DNA of 64,000 nucleotides from Tagaea sp. (GCA_965279525.1 CBDIIB010000003.1:320001-384000); one strand, 5' to 3'; shown: positions 9,058 to 20,331, counted from the first letter of the stretch. The notes: generated from the letters alone by a model not told the origin. Numbers and translations are program-made.

Positions 9058-11122
9058 ACTGCTGCTCGAAATCCTGTCCGAGGAAATCCCGGCGCGCATG
9101 CAGGCGCGTGCGGCGGACGACCTCAAGCGCCTCGTCACCGAGAAGCTGACGGCCGCCGGGCTGACCTTCACGGCCGCGCGCGCGTTCGTGACGCCGCGCC
9201 GCCTCGCGCTCGTCGTTGACGGGCTGCCTGAACGCCAGCCGGACCTGAAGGAAGAAAAGAAGGGCCCGCGCGTCGGCTCGCCCGAGCAGGCCATTCAGGG
9301 TTTCCTGAAGGGTGCAGGGCTCGCCAGCCTCGATGCCTGCGAAAAGCGCGTCGTCGGCAAGGCGGAATTCTGGTTCGCGGTCGTCGAGCGCAAGGGTTCG
9401 GCCACGCGCGATGTGCTTCCCGGCGTCGTCATCGAGGCGATGAAGGCGCTGCCGTGGCCCAAATCGATGCGCGCGGGCACGGCCCGCTTCGCGTGGGTCC
9501 GTCCGATGCAGAGCATCGTGGCGCTGTTCGCCGGCAAGGCGCTGGACGGTGCCTTCGATCTCGGTGGTGCCACCATCCCGTTCGGCGACACGACCGTCGG
9601 CCACCGCTTCATGGCGCCCGCGCGCTTTGCCGTTTCGGATTTCGCCGACTATGCCGCCAAACTGAAAGCCGCCAAGGTCCTCCTCGATCCGGCCGAACGG
9701 CGCGCGAAGATCCTGGCGGACGCGACGGCCGCCGCGACGAAGCTGGGTGTTGCGCTGCGCGACGATCCGGGCCTGCTCGACGAGGTGACCGGGCTGGTCG
9801 AATGGCCGGTCGTCTACGCCGGCGCCATCGACGCAAAATTCATGGACGTGCCCGCTGAAGTGCTCGTCACGTCGATGCGCGCGCACCAGAAGTATTTCGC
9901 CACGCTCAACGCGGACGGTTCGCTCGCCCGCCACTTCGTCGTCGTCGCCAACATGGAAACGTCCGACGGCGGCAAGCTCGTCGTCGCCGGCAACGAGCGC
10001 GTGCTGCGCGCGCGCCTGTCCGACGCCAAGTTCTTCTGGGACCAGGACCGGAAGACCCGGCTCGAAGCGCGGCTGCCGTCGCTCGTGCAGCGCGTGTTCC
10101 ACGCCAAGCTCGGCACGATGGCCGACAAGGTCGCGCGTCTCGAAGCGCTTGCCGAGATCGTTGCACCTTCCGTTGGTGCATCGACGGCCGATGCCGTGCG
10201 CGCGGCAAAGCTCGCCAAGGCCGATCTGTCGTCCGGCATGGTCGGCGAGTTCCCCGAATTGCAGGGCGTGATGGGTCGCTACTACGCGCGCCACGCCGGC
10301 GAGAACGAGGATGTGGCGAACGCGATCCGCGCGCACTACCAGCCGCTCGGCCCCAACGACGATTGCCCGTCCGCACCCGTATCTGTTGCCGTGGCGTTGG
10401 CCGAGAAGATCGACACGCTCGCCGGTTTCTGGAAGATCGACGAAAAACCGACCGGCTCGAAGGATCCGTTCGCGTTGCGCCGTGCGGCCCTCGGCGCCAT
10501 CCGGCTCGTCGTCGAGAACGGGTTGCGCGTAAAGCTGCTCCCGGTCTTTGCCAAGGCGCTTTCGTTCCACGGCTCGGACAAGGAAGCAGCACTCAGCACG
10601 GATCTGCTCGCCTTCTTCGCCGACCGCCTGAAGGTCACGCTCAAGGAAAAGGGCGTGCGCCACGATCTGATCGACGCGGTGTTCGCACTCGGCGGCGAGG
10701 ACGATCTGGTGCGCCTGCTGGCGCGCGTGGAAGCACTCGGTTCGTTCCTCAAGACCGACGATGGCGCCAACCTCCAGGCTGCGTCCAAGCGTGCCTCGAA
10801 CATCCTCGCCATCGAGACCAAGAAGGACGGGCACGGCTACGACGAAGCGCCCGATGCCGGCCGGCTTGTCGAGGCGGAAGAAAAGACGCTTGCCGCGCGT
10901 TTGTCCGCCGTGGAGGCAAGCGTCGCTGCCGCGTTGGCCAAGGAAGATTTCGTCGCGGCAATGGCCGCACTTGCGAGCCTGCGCGCACCGGTCGACGCGT
11001 TCTTCGACAAGGTGACGGTGAACGCCGAGGATCGCGACCTGCGCGCCAACCGTCTCAAGCTGCTTTCGCAGATCCGCCGCACGCTGTCGCAGGTGGCGGA
11101 TTTCGCGCGTATCGAAGGGTAA
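9050..11122 (+). CDS. glyS: Glycine--tRNA ligase beta subunit
   Basis: '[16 protein letters not shown]', 'EFPELQG', '[14 protein letters not shown]'. Confidence 0.98.
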   Translation: MSELLLEILSEEIPARMQARAADDLKRLVTEKLTAAGLTFTAARAFVTPRRLALVVDGLPERQPDLKEEKKGPRVGSPEQAIQGFLKGAGLASLDACEKRVVGKAEFWFAVVERKGSATRDVLPGVVIEAMKALPWPKSMRAGTARFAWVRPMQSIVALFAGKALDGAFDLGGATIPFGDTTVGHRFMAPARFAVSDFADYAAKLKAAKVLLDPAERRAKILADATAAATKLGVALRDDPGLLDEVTGLVEWPVVYAGAIDAKFMDVPAEVLVTSMRAHQKYFATLNADGSLARHFVVVANMETSDGGKLVVAGNERVLRARLSDAKFFWDQDRKTRLEARLPSLVQRVFHAKLGTMADKVARLEALAEIVAPSVGASTADAVRAAKLAKADLSSGMVGEFPELQGVMGRYYARHAGENEDVANAIRAHYQPLGPNDDCPSAPVSVAVALAEKIDTLAGFWKIDEKPTGSKDPFALRRAALGAIRLVVENGLRVKLLPVFAKALSFHGSDKEAALSTDLLAFFADRLKVTLKEKGVRHDLIDAVFALGGEDDLVRLLARVEALGSFLKTDDGANLQAASKRASNILAIETKKDGHGYDEAPDAGRLVEAEEKTLAARLSAVEASVAAALAKEDFVAAMAALASLRAPVDAFFDKVTVNAEDRDLRANRLKLLSQIRRTLSQVADFARIEG

Positions 11123-11134
11123 GGGAACCGGACC

Positions 11135-14107
11135 ATGGCCAAGTGGGTTTACACGTTCGGAAACGGCAAGGCCGAAGGCAAGTCGGAGATGCGCAATCTC
11201 CTCGGCGGCAAGGGCGCCAATCTCGCCGAGATGAGCAATCTGGGCCTGCCCGTCCCGCCCGGCTTCACGGTCACGACCGAGGTCTGCACCTGGTATTACG
11301 CGAACGGTCGCAGCTATCCGGCCGACCTCAAGGCGCAGGTCGCCACGGCATTGGGCCAGGTCGAGAAGATCGTCGGCCGCCGCTTCGGCGATCCGGCAAA
11401 GCCGCTGCTCGTGTCGGTGCGCTCGGGTGCGCGTGCGTCGATGCCGGGCATGATGGATACCGTCCTCAATCTCGGCCTCAACGACGCGACGGTCGAGGGG
11501 CTGGCGAAGGAAAGCGGCGACGCGCGCTTTGCCTACGATTCCTATCGCCGCTTCATCCAGATGTACGGCGACGTCGTGCTCGAGGTCGACCACCACCATT
11601 TCGAGGACCTGCTCGAGACCGCCAAGTCCGATCGTGGCTTCACGCTCGATACCGAGATGTCGGCCAATGACTGGAAGGCGCTGGTCGCCGATTACATGGC
11701 GATGGTCGAGCGCGAGATCGGCAAGCCCTTCCCGCAGGACCCGCACGAGCAGCTCTGGGGGGCCGTGGGTGCGGTGTTCGCGAGCTGGATGAACCAGCGC
11801 GCCAATACCTACCGCCGCCTGCATCAGATCCCCGAGGAGTGGGGAACGGCCGTCAACGTGCAGGCGATGGTCTTCGGCAACATGGGCGAGGACTGCGCGA
11901 CCGGTGTCGCCTTCACGCGCGATCCGTCGACCGGCGAGAACGCGTTCTACGGCGAGTTCCTGATCAACGCGCAGGGCGAGGACGTCGTCGCGGGCATCCG
12001 CACGCCGCAGCAGCTGACTGTCGCGGGCCGCCAGAAGCAGGGTGCGAGGCTTCCTTCGATGGAAGAGGCGATGCCCGAGACCTACGGCCAGCTCTGCCTG
12101 ATCCGCGACCGGCTGGAGCGCCACTACCGCGAGATCCAGGACATCGAGTTCACGGTCGAGAAGGGCAAGCTGTGGATGCTGCAGACGCGCAACGGCAAGC
12201 GCACCGCTGCCGCCGCCCTGCGCATCGCCGTCGAGATGGCCGAGGAAGGCCTGATCGACCACAAGACCGCCGTGGGCCGGATTGATCCGGCCTCGCTCGA
12301 CCAACTCCTCCATCCCACGCTCGATCCCAAGGCGCCGCGCACGCGCCTGACGCGCGCGTTGCCGGCGTCGCCCGGTGCGGCATCCGGCATCGTGTCGTTC
12401 TCGGCCGACGAGGCCGAGCAGCTTGCCGCCACCGGCAAGTCGATCATCCTCGTGCGCATCGAGACGAGCCCGGAAGACATCCACGGCATGCATGCCGCGC
12501 GCGGCATCCTGACGACGCGTGGCGGCATGACGAGCCATGCCGCCGTCGTGGCGCGCGGCATGGGCCGCGCGTGCGTGGCCGGTGCCGGCGAGATCCGCGT
12601 CGATTATGCGCAGCGCACGATGACCGTGAAGGGCCAGACCATCAAGGCCGGCGAGTTCCTGACCATCGATGGCGGGACGGGCGAAGTGTTCCTGGGCGAA
12701 GTGCCCACCGTGCAGCCCGAACTGTCGGGCCATTTCGCGCGCATCATGGAATGGGCCGACGGTTTCCGGCGCATGAAGGTGCGCACGAATGCCGAAACGC
12801 CGCTCGACGCGCGCACCGCGCGCCGCTTCGGCGCCGAGGGTATCGGCCTGTGCCGGACCGAGCACATGTTCTTCGAGCCTTCGCGCATCCTTGCCGTGCG
12901 CGAGATGATCGTCGCCGACGACGCGGCGGCGCGTGCGGCGGCACTCGCCAAGATCATGCCGTTCCAGCGCGCGGATTTCGTCGAGCTGTTCGCCATCATG
13001 GCGGGCCTGCCCGTGACGATCCGCCTGCTCGATCCGCCGCTGCACGAGTTCCTGCCGCATGCCGAGGCGGACTTCGCCGAGCTGGCGCGCGTGACCGGCA
13101 AGAGCGTGGCCGAGGTCCGCGCGCGCGCCGAGAAGCTGACCGAAAGCAACCCGATGCTCGGCCATCGCGGCTGCCGACTGGCGGTCACGTATCCCGAGAT
13201 CTACATGATGCAGGCGCGCGCGATCTTCGAGGCGGCTGTGCTCGTCGCCAAGGAAAAGGGCGAGACGGTCGAGCCGGAAATCATGATCCCGCTCGTCGCG
13301 ATGAAGCGCGAGCTCGACGTGATGCGCGACCACATCGCCAAGGTCCATGCCGAGGTCGAGGCGGCCACGGGGGCGAAGATCCATTATTCGCTCGGCACGA
13401 TGATCGAGCTGCCGCGCGCGGCGTTGCGCGCAGCCGAGATTGCCGAGACGGCCGAGTTCTTCTCGTTCGGCACCAACGACCTCACGCAGACCACGTTCGG
13501 CCTGTCGCGCGACGACGCGTCCAACTTCCTGGGCGCCTACGAGACGCAGAAGATCCTCGCGCGCGATCCGTTCGTCACGCTCGATCAGGACGGCGTGGGC
13601 GAACTCGTCAAGATCGCGTGCGAGCGCGGCCGGGCGACGCGCGCCGACATCAAGCTCGGCATCTGCGGCGAGCATGGCGGCGATCCGGCCTCGATCCATT
13701 TCTGCGAGGGCGCCGGCCTCGACTATGTCTCGTGCTCGCCCTACCGCGTGCCGATCGCGCGTCTGGCGGCAGCACAAGCCGCCCTTGCCGCCGATGCGGC
13801 CCCGGCCAAGGCGAAGCCGCATGTCAAGAAATCGGCCGGCGTTCCCGACCGCCATGCGCGCGTGCGCCTGGGTTCCGGGCGAAGGGCCGCTGCCGCGCGC
13901 GTCTCGGTCGGGCGCGGCTTCTCGGCGCCGGCGGCCCGCATGGGCGTGAAGAAGGCATCCAAGCCCGTTGCCGCGAAGAAGCCGGTCGCGAAGAAGGCGA
14001 AGCCTGTCGCCAAGAAGAAGCCGGCCATCAAGAAGGTCGCGGTGAAGAAGTCCGTGCGCAAGCCGGTGCCCAAGAAGAAGGGTGCCAAGAAGGGCAAGCG
14101 CAAGTGA
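11135..14107 (+). CDS. ppdK: Pyruvate, phosphate dikinase with a Lys/Ala-rich C-terminal extension
   Basis: 'LLGGKGANLAEM', 'GGMTSHAAVVARG', 'GICGEHGG', 'SCSPYRVP'; about 105 extra basic residues after the usual end. Confidence 0.97.
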   Translation: MAKWVYTFGNGKAEGKSEMRNLLGGKGANLAEMSNLGLPVPPGFTVTTEVCTWYYANGRSYPADLKAQVATALGQVEKIVGRRFGDPAKPLLVSVRSGARASMPGMMDTVLNLGLNDATVEGLAKESGDARFAYDSYRRFIQMYGDVVLEVDHHHFEDLLETAKSDRGFTLDTEMSANDWKALVADYMAMVEREIGKPFPQDPHEQLWGAVGAVFASWMNQRANTYRRLHQIPEEWGTAVNVQAMVFGNMGEDCATGVAFTRDPSTGENAFYGEFLINAQGEDVVAGIRTPQQLTVAGRQKQGARLPSMEEAMPETYGQLCLIRDRLERHYREIQDIEFTVEKGKLWMLQTRNGKRTAAAALRIAVEMAEEGLIDHKTAVGRIDPASLDQLLHPTLDPKAPRTRLTRALPASPGAASGIVSFSADEAEQLAATGKSIILVRIETSPEDIHGMHAARGILTTRGGMTSHAAVVARGMGRACVAGAGEIRVDYAQRTMTVKGQTIKAGEFLTIDGGTGEVFLGEVPTVQPELSGHFARIMEWADGFRRMKVRTNAETPLDARTARRFGAEGIGLCRTEHMFFEPSRILAVREMIVADDAAARAAALAKIMPFQRADFVELFAIMAGLPVTIRLLDPPLHEFLPHAEADFAELARVTGKSVAEVRARAEKLTESNPMLGHRGCRLAVTYPEIYMMQARAIFEAAVLVAKEKGETVEPEIMIPLVAMKRELDVMRDHIAKVHAEVEAATGAKIHYSLGTMIELPRAALRAAEIAETAEFFSFGTNDLTQTTFGLSRDDASNFLGAYETQKILARDPFVTLDQDGVGELVKIACERGRATRADIKLGICGEHGGDPASIHFCEGAGLDYVSCSPYRVPIARLAAAQAALAADAAPAKAKPHVKKSAGVPDRHARVRLGSGRRAAAARVSVGRGFSAPAARMGVKKASKPVAAKKPVAKKAKPVAKKKPAIKKVAVKKSVRKPVPKKKGAKKGKRK

Positions 14108-14523
14108 GCGCCGATCCTTCCTGCGTCTTCTGCAAGATCGTCGCGGGCGCCATCCCGAGCCACAGGATCTGTGAGGATGCGCGCAGCTTCGCGTTCCTCG
14201 ACATCAACCCCGCCAATCGCGGGCATGCGCTGGTGATCCCGAAGGCGCATGCGCCCGATCTCGTCGCCAGCGACGATGTCGATCTCGCCGCCGTGATGGC
14301 CACGGTCCGGCGCGTGGCCGCCGCCGTCGAGAAGGTCGTGAAGCCCGACGGCTTCAACCTGCTGCAGGCCAACGGGCCGGGTGCCGCACAGTCGGTGCTG
14401 CATTTCCACATGCACGTCGTGCCGCGCAAAATGAACGACGGCCTGATGATGAACTGGCCGCTGGTGCCCGGCGACCACAAGGAACTTGCGGCCCTCGCCG
14501 CCGAGATCCGCGCCGTCCTCTAG
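14104..14523 (+). CDS. HIT-family protein
   Basis: 'CVFCKI' and 'HFHMHVVPR' histidine triad; GTGA overlap with the ppdK stop. Confidence 0.93.
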   Translation: MSADPSCVFCKIVAGAIPSHRICEDARSFAFLDINPANRGHALVIPKAHAPDLVASDDVDLAAVMATVRRVAAAVEKVVKPDGFNLLQANGPGAAQSVLHFHMHVVPRKMNDGLMMNWPLVPGDHKELAALAAEIRAVL

Positions 14524-15416
14524 AAATTCGCCCAGCCGGGCTTGTGCGGCGTGAGCTTCGCGTCGCCCGCGACGAGTGTGGCGCCGTCCGCCGCCGCTTT
14601 CTCGACCGCTTCGATGCGCAGCAAGGCGAGCCCGAGATTGCCGGCGGCCGAGCGCATCTCGCCGGCTTCCGCGTCGCCCAGCATCACGCGTGTCCCGAAG
14701 GGCGGAGCGGGGCCGTCGATGCGCACGGGCATCAGTCGCTTGCGGATGAGGGCGCGGTACTTCATCCGCGCGGTCACTTCCTGGCCGACATAGCAGCCCT
14801 TCTTCCAGTCCACGCCGCCCAGTTCGTCGAAGCCGTTTTCCAGCAGCAGCGCGTCTTCCACGCCAAGGTCGCGGCTGCCGTCGGGCACGCCGTGCGCGAG
14901 GCGCAAGGCGTCGTAGGCGCCGGCATCCACAGTCGCGAAGCCATGTGCGGCGGCAAGCTCGCCGATTGCCGCAGGCGGCACCAGGGCACGCACGCCGAGG
15001 GCCGGCAGGCGCGGATCGACATAGACGGCACCGCCGGCCAGCTCTTTCGCGGCCCCGGCCTCTTCGGCCAAGCCGAACGTGGCTGCCGCATTTTCGCCCC
15101 AGAAGGCCGCCACAACGAGGCCGGCAGAGGGGGCGAGCGAGACCTTGGCGCGCAGCTTGTACAGCTTCAGGCGACGGGCGAGATCGTCGAGGCGGGCCGC
15201 CTCGGCATCGAGCTGGATCGTCTCGCCGACGGCAAGCATGAAGAACTCGTGCAGGAAGCGCCCCTGTGCGGTCAGGAAGCCCGCATGGCGCGCGTGCCCG
15301 CCATCGACCTTCGTGGCATCGCTCGACACGAGGCCCTGCAGGAAGGTCTGGCGGTCGTCGCCGGCCACGCCAAGGGCGGCGCGGGCGGGCAGCAGGGCAT
15401 GGAAGCGTTCGGTCAT
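14520..15416 (-). CDS. ygfZ: Folate-binding protein YgfZ/Iba57 family
   Basis: Signature 'KGCYVGQE'. Confidence 0.92.
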   Translation of the reverse strand: MTERFHALLPARAALGVAGDDRQTFLQGLVSSDATKVDGGHARHAGFLTAQGRFLHEFFMLAVGETIQLDAEAARLDDLARRLKLYKLRAKVSLAPSAGLVVAAFWGENAAATFGLAEEAGAAKELAGGAVYVDPRLPALGVRALVPPAAIGELAAAHGFATVDAGAYDALRLAHGVPDGSRDLGVEDALLLENGFDELGGVDWKKGCYVGQEVTARMKYRALIRKRLMPVRIDGPAPPFGTRVMLGDAEAGEMRSAAGNLGLALLRIEAVEKAAADGATLVAGDAKLTPHKPGWANF

Positions 15417-15509
15417 GGTCCGGTCCGGGGGGAAAATCGGCGTCAGGACAGCAGTTAAGCACCCCGCCCGCGCTTGGCAAGGGCCGGGGCGGGGCCTATA
15501 AGGCCAGAT

Positions 15510-16541
15510 ATGACAAAGCGCATCTGCTTCATCGAAGATTCGATCGAATTCGACGGCTACAGCCCGACCAGCCGCCCGCTGGACGGGCCGCAGAAGGCGT
15601 TGGCCTACCTGTCCGGGGCGCTCGCCCAGCGCGGGCACCAGGTGACCGTCATCAACCGGGCCTACATGCCGCTGACCTGTGACGGCGTGTCGTGGCCGGG
15701 CTGGTCGGGCGAGAAGCCGGCCTCCACGGACCTGCTGGTCGCGGTCGGCGATGCGGCCCTGTTCGATCTCGTGCCGGCCGCCGAGCGCCGCCTGCTGTGG
15801 GTGCCCGGTGATCCGGCCGAGATCTTGCTGCCCGCGCGCGCGGCCGCGATCGCGCGCATCCGGCCCGATCTCGTCTTCCACACGCATTCGCAGCGCGAGC
15901 GCTGGACGAATCTCGAAGGCCTCGCCACGCACATCGTCGGCCCGGGGATCGCGTCCTCGTATCTCGAGGACCTGACGGCCGTGCCGTCGAACCCGCCGCG
16001 CGCGATCGTGGTGTGCCATCCGCTCGCCGGGCTCGAACGGCTCGTGCGGCTGTGGACCGATCGCGTGCGCGTCACGCTTCCGACGGCGGAGCTGCATGTC
16101 TATTCCGCCCGCCTCGACAAGGCGATCCTGGGCGGCGACGTGCCGGGCGACTTGAAGGCGATCCACGATCTGGTCCGAGCGTCGGGTGGCGTCGAGGTCC
16201 AGCGCCCGCTGCCCGATCCGCAGCTTGCCGACGCCTATCGTGCCGCACGCCTGTTCCTGCATCCGGGCCTGCTGGACGAAGTGCTGGCCTTCAACCTGAT
16301 GGAAGCCCAGGCGGCGGGCCTGCCGGCCGTATCGTTCGCCAGCGGGGCGCTCGCGCGCGAGCGCATCATCGACGGGCAGACCGGGCGCATCTGCGACGAC
16401 GACGCGGCGTTCGCGGTCGCATGCGTCGAACTGATGACACAGGAGGAATCCTGGCGCGCGATGGCCGACAAGGCGCGCGAACTCCAGCGCGGCCGGAGCT
16501 GGGCGGTCGTCGCCGCCGAATGGGAAGAGAAATTCGCGTGA
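15510..16541 (+). CDS. Glycosyltransferase family 4-like
   Basis: GT-B C-terminal 'EVLAFNLMEAQAAGLPAV' motif. Confidence 0.8.
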   Translation: MTKRICFIEDSIEFDGYSPTSRPLDGPQKALAYLSGALAQRGHQVTVINRAYMPLTCDGVSWPGWSGEKPASTDLLVAVGDAALFDLVPAAERRLLWVPGDPAEILLPARAAAIARIRPDLVFHTHSQRERWTNLEGLATHIVGPGIASSYLEDLTAVPSNPPRAIVVCHPLAGLERLVRLWTDRVRVTLPTAELHVYSARLDKAILGGDVPGDLKAIHDLVRASGGVEVQRPLPDPQLADAYRAARLFLHPGLLDEVLAFNLMEAQAAGLPAVSFASGALARERIIDGQTGRICDDDAAFAVACVELMTQEESWRAMADKARELQRGRSWAVVAAEWEEKFA

Positions 16542-17494
16542 AGGTGCTGTTCGTCACATCCAACCGGATTGGCGACGCGATGCTGACGACGGGCGTGCTC
16601 GCCCACCTCGTCGATACGATGCCCGAGGCGCGCTTCACGGTCGCCTGCGGCCCGCTGGCGGCCCCGCTTTTCGTGTCCCTGCCGCGGCTCGACGCGACGA
16701 TCGGACTGCACAAGGGGCCGGGGAAGCTTCACTGGCTGTCGCTCTGGGCACAGACGGTCGCCACGTACTGGGATCTCGTCGTCGACATGCGCGGTTCGGG
16801 CCTTGCCTGGCTGCTCGCGGCCCGGCGCCGCGCGGTCCTGGGTGCCCGCGATCCGTCGCTCCATCGCGTCGAATCCGCCGCCAAGGTCCTCGGCATTTCG
16901 CCTGCACCCTCGCCGCGCCTGTGGCTAGACGATACGGCACGGTCGGCCGCACGCGGGATTCTCGGCGACGGCCAGATCCTCGTGCTGGGGGCGACCGCGA
17001 ACTGGGGCGGCAAGATCTGGCCAGCCGACCGCTTCGCCGCGCTTGCCGAGACGCTGGTCGCACCGGGCGGTGCGCTCGCCGGTGCGCGCGTCGCGGTCGT
17101 CGGCGGCCCGGGCGAACGCGAGATCGCGGTGCCGCTGCTGGCCCGCCTGGGGCCTTCGTGCATCGATCTGGTCGGCACGCAGCCGCTCGGCATCGTCGCC
17201 GCAGCCATCGCACAGGCCTCGCTCTATGTCGGCAACGATTCCGGCCTCATGCATGTCGCGGCGGCATCGGGCGTGCCCACGCTCGGCCTGTTCGGCCCGT
17301 CGGACGACCGGCACTTCCGTCCGTGGGGAGAAAACGCCGCCTTCCTGCGTACTGTCGAAAGCAAGGACGAACTGTTCGCGCGCATCGAGTACCAGCCGCG
17401 TGGCGCGTCTTCGCTTATGGAGTCGATCTCGGTCGACGCGGCGACGGAAGCGGCCGGCGAACTCTACGCACGCTGCACGAGGCAGGCAGCATGA
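16538..17494 (+). CDS. Glycosyltransferase family 9 (heptosyltransferase-like)
   Basis: 'RIGDAML' and 'GNDSGLMHVAAASGVPTLGLFGP'. Confidence 0.9.
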   Translation: MKVLFVTSNRIGDAMLTTGVLAHLVDTMPEARFTVACGPLAAPLFVSLPRLDATIGLHKGPGKLHWLSLWAQTVATYWDLVVDMRGSGLAWLLAARRRAVLGARDPSLHRVESAAKVLGISPAPSPRLWLDDTARSAARGILGDGQILVLGATANWGGKIWPADRFAALAETLVAPGGALAGARVAVVGGPGEREIAVPLLARLGPSCIDLVGTQPLGIVAAAIAQASLYVGNDSGLMHVAAASGVPTLGLFGPSDDRHFRPWGENAAFLRTVESKDELFARIEYQPRGASSLMESISVDAATEAAGELYARCTRQAA

Positions 17495-18258
17495 CGGCAC
17501 CCCGCCTGTCCGCCCTGATCGTCGCGCGCAACGAGGAAGGGCGGCTGCCCAGGTGCCTGTCGGCACTCGCCTTCGCCGACGAGATCGTCGTGGTGCTCGA
17601 CCGCACGACCGACGCGAGCCGTTCGATCGCCGAGAATGCCGGCGCACGCGTGCTTGAAGGCGGCTGGGAGCGCGAGGGCGACCGGCGCAACGCGGGCATC
17701 GGGTTCTGCGGCGGCGACTGGATCCTCGAAGTGGATGCCGACGAGCATGTCAGCCCCGAGCTGGCCGCCGAGATCCGAGCCACGGTCGCGTCAAGCACGG
17801 CGGCCCGCCATTCGATCCCGGTCGACAACCATATCGGCACGCGGCTCGTGCGCTACGGTTGGGGTGCTTCGTTCGGCAAGTCGGCCTATTGGGGCCTGTT
17901 CCGCAAGGGGACCAAGACCTGGGGCCGCGAGCGCGTGCATCCCAAGCTGACCTTGTCCGGCGAGGCGGGCGCAGCCCTGTCCGCACCCCTGCAGCACGAA
18001 GTCGACCGCAACCTCTCCGAAACGATCCGCCGGCTCGACCGTTACAGCTCGGCACGCGCGGCCGACCTGCGCGAGCACGGCGATCCCGATCCCACGTCGC
18101 GCTACGTGCGCCGCTTCTTCTCGCGCTTCTGGAAATGCTACGTCGCGCGCCGAGGCTATCGCGAGGGCGGCTACGGCCTCGTCATCGCCGCTCTCGCCGG
18201 ACTGTTCCCGCTCGTGTCGCACCTGAAGGCGCGATACGAATCCGACGGGCAGGGCTGA
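17491..18258 (+). CDS. Glycosyltransferase family 2 (WaaE/LgtF-like)
   Basis: 'IVARNEE', 'DEIVVVLD', 'WILEVDADE'. Confidence 0.88.
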   Translation: MTAPRLSALIVARNEEGRLPRCLSALAFADEIVVVLDRTTDASRSIAENAGARVLEGGWEREGDRRNAGIGFCGGDWILEVDADEHVSPELAAEIRATVASSTAARHSIPVDNHIGTRLVRYGWGASFGKSAYWGLFRKGTKTWGRERVHPKLTLSGEAGAALSAPLQHEVDRNLSETIRRLDRYSSARAADLREHGDPDPTSRYVRRFFSRFWKCYVARRGYREGGYGLVIAALAGLFPLVSHLKARYESDGQG

Positions 18259-18262
18259 GGAG

Positions 18263-19294
18263 ATGGCCCGGATCGTCCTTGCCGACGACGGCATCGCGTT
18301 CGACGGACGGTCGGCCGAAACGGGTGCGGCGGGCGGCGCCGAGACCGCCTTCGTGAAACTCGCCGAGGGGCTGGCGCGCAACCACGCCGTAAGCGCCTTC
18401 ACGCGCGGGGGCGGCACGTTCTCCCATCGCGGTGTCGCGTGGGCCGATTTCGCGGCAGGCGTGCCGGACGACGCGGACCTCTACATCGCCAATCGCGGCC
18501 ACAGGCTGCTCGACCTCGTGCCCAAGGCACGGCGCACGCTTTTCTGGCTGCACAACGACGCGCGCTATCTCCTCAAGTACCGCTATCTGTCTCGTCTGTG
18601 GCGCCGGCGGCCGGGCCTGGTTTTCGTCAGCAAGTCCCACGCCGCATCCGCCCCGCGCTGGGTTCCCGACGGCGGCCGCCACGTGATTCCGCTCGGCCTC
18701 GACGACATGTTCCGCGGCGAAGCCGAGCGCGCGGCACCGCCGCGCACGGCGCTCTATGCGGCAAACCCGCTGCGCGGCCTCGACGAACTCGTCCAGCTCT
18801 GGTCGCGCCATGTGGCGCAGGCCGTACCCGACGCGCGCCTCGACGTGCTCAGCGGTGACGGACTCTATGGCGGGGCGGGCAAGGCGCCCGCGATCGCACG
18901 CATGGAATCGGTCCTGGGCGTGGCGCGTGCCGCGGCGGGACGGCAACTCGGGCTGGGCGGCTTCGTGCCACGTGCCGATCTGCCCGACCGGTTGCGCCGC
19001 ACGCGGGTCTATCTCTATCCGGGCGATCAGACCGAGACGTTCTGCCTGTCGGTCGCCGAGGCGCAGGCCATGGGCGTGCCGTGCGTCGTGCGCGCGCGCG
19101 GCGCACTTGCCGAGCGTGTGATCGACGGCAAGACCGGCTTCGTGGCGCGCAACGAGGCGGAGTTCGGTGCCGCCGCCATCCGCCTGCTCGTCGACGACGG
19201 CCTGTGGCTTGCCCAGCACCGCGCATGCCTCGCCACGCAGCGTTCGCGCGGCTGGACCGACATGGCCGACGATTTCGACGCGCTGCTCGCATGA
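18263..19294 (+). CDS. Glycosyltransferase family 4
   Basis: 'GGAE' and 'ETFCLSVAEAQAMGVP'. Confidence 0.88.
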   Translation: MARIVLADDGIAFDGRSAETGAAGGAETAFVKLAEGLARNHAVSAFTRGGGTFSHRGVAWADFAAGVPDDADLYIANRGHRLLDLVPKARRTLFWLHNDARYLLKYRYLSRLWRRRPGLVFVSKSHAASAPRWVPDGGRHVIPLGLDDMFRGEAERAAPPRTALYAANPLRGLDELVQLWSRHVAQAVPDARLDVLSGDGLYGGAGKAPAIARMESVLGVARAAAGRQLGLGGFVPRADLPDRLRRTRVYLYPGDQTETFCLSVAEAQAMGVPCVVRARGALAERVIDGKTGFVARNEAEFGAAAIRLLVDDGLWLAQHRACLATQRSRGWTDMADDFDALLA

Positions 19295-20331
19295 CGCGCG
19301 TGCTTCATCTGATGGCCGGTGCCGCGCACGGCGGGGCGGAGGCGTTCTTCGAGCGTCTCGTCGTGGCGCTTGCGAAGGCCGGGCTCGACCAGCGCGTTGC
19401 CATCCGTCGCGATGGTCCGCGCGCGCAGCGCCTGCGCGCCAGCGGCATCGATCCCGTCGAGCTTTCCTTCGGCGGGCCGCTCGATCTGCTGACACCGCTC
19501 GCGTTGGCTTCGCGGATGCGCGAATTCGTTCCTGATGTGGCGCTCGCCTTCATGAGCCGGGCGGCGGCGAAACTGCCACCACGTTGGTTGGCGGGGCAGC
19601 ACACCGTGCGCGTGGGCCGGCTCGGCGGATACTACGATCTCAAATACTACCGGCAGTGCGACCGGCTGGTGGCCAATACGCACGACATCCGGGACTGGAT
19701 CGTGCGTCAGGGCTGGCCGGCCGCGAAGGTCGACTATCTGCCGAATTTCGTCGATGCCGCGCGCGCGGCGCCGGTCGCGCGCGCCGATCTCGCCACGCCG
19801 GCCGACGCACGGATTCTGCTGTCATTGGGGCGTCTGCATCCCAACAAGGGCTTCGACGTGCTGCTTGAAGCGCTCGCACACCTGCCGCAGGCCCATCTGT
19901 GGATCGCCGGGACGGGCGAACTGGACACCGACCTCAAGGCGCAGGCCGCCCGCCTTGGCATCGCCGCGCGCGTGCACTTCCTGGGCTGGCGCCAGGACGT
20001 GGCGGCACTGATCGCGGCGTGTGACGTGCTCGTCTGTCCGTCGCGCCACGAGCCCTTGGGCAATGTCGTGATCGAGGGCTGGGCGCACGGCCGGCCGGTC
20101 GTCGCGGCGGCAAGTGCGGGCCCCGCGGCCCTGATCCGCCACGGCGAGAACGGGATGCTTGCACCCGTCGACGATGCGACGGCATTGGCCGCCTGCATCC
20201 GCGACGTGCTTGCCGACGACGGTCTTGCAAGCCGCCTTGCGCTGGCGGGCGAAGCCGCGTACCAAGCCGGCTTCACCCAAGAGGCCGTCGTGCGCCGCTA
20301 TCTCGACTATTTCAACGCCGTGAAGGCCTGA
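19291..20331 (+). CDS. Glycosyltransferase family 4 (LpsE-like)
   Basis: 'GGAEAFF', 'GRLHPNKGFD', 'PSRHEPLGNVVIE'. Confidence 0.9.
   Translation: MTRVLHLMAGAAHGGAEAFFERLVVALAKAGLDQRVAIRRDGPRAQRLRASGIDPVELSFGGPLDLLTPLALASRMREFVPDVALAFMSRAAAKLPPRWLAGQHTVRVGRLGGYYDLKYYRQCDRLVANTHDIRDWIVRQGWPAAKVDYLPNFVDAARAAPVARADLATPADARILLSLGRLHPNKGFDVLLEALAHLPQAHLWIAGTGELDTDLKAQAARLGIAARVHFLGWRQDVAALIAACDVLVCPSRHEPLGNVVIEGWAHGRPVVAAASAGPAALIRHGENGMLAPVDDATALAACIRDVLADDGLASRLALAGEAAYQAGFTQEAVVRRYLDYFNAVKA

Noticed and set aside
8966-13855. 1629-aa ORF on the minus strand
   Set aside because: Antisense shadow of glyS/ppdK caused by high-GC codon bias; no recognisable domains. The same applies to most long Arg/Pro/Ala-rich overlapping ORFs in the track.
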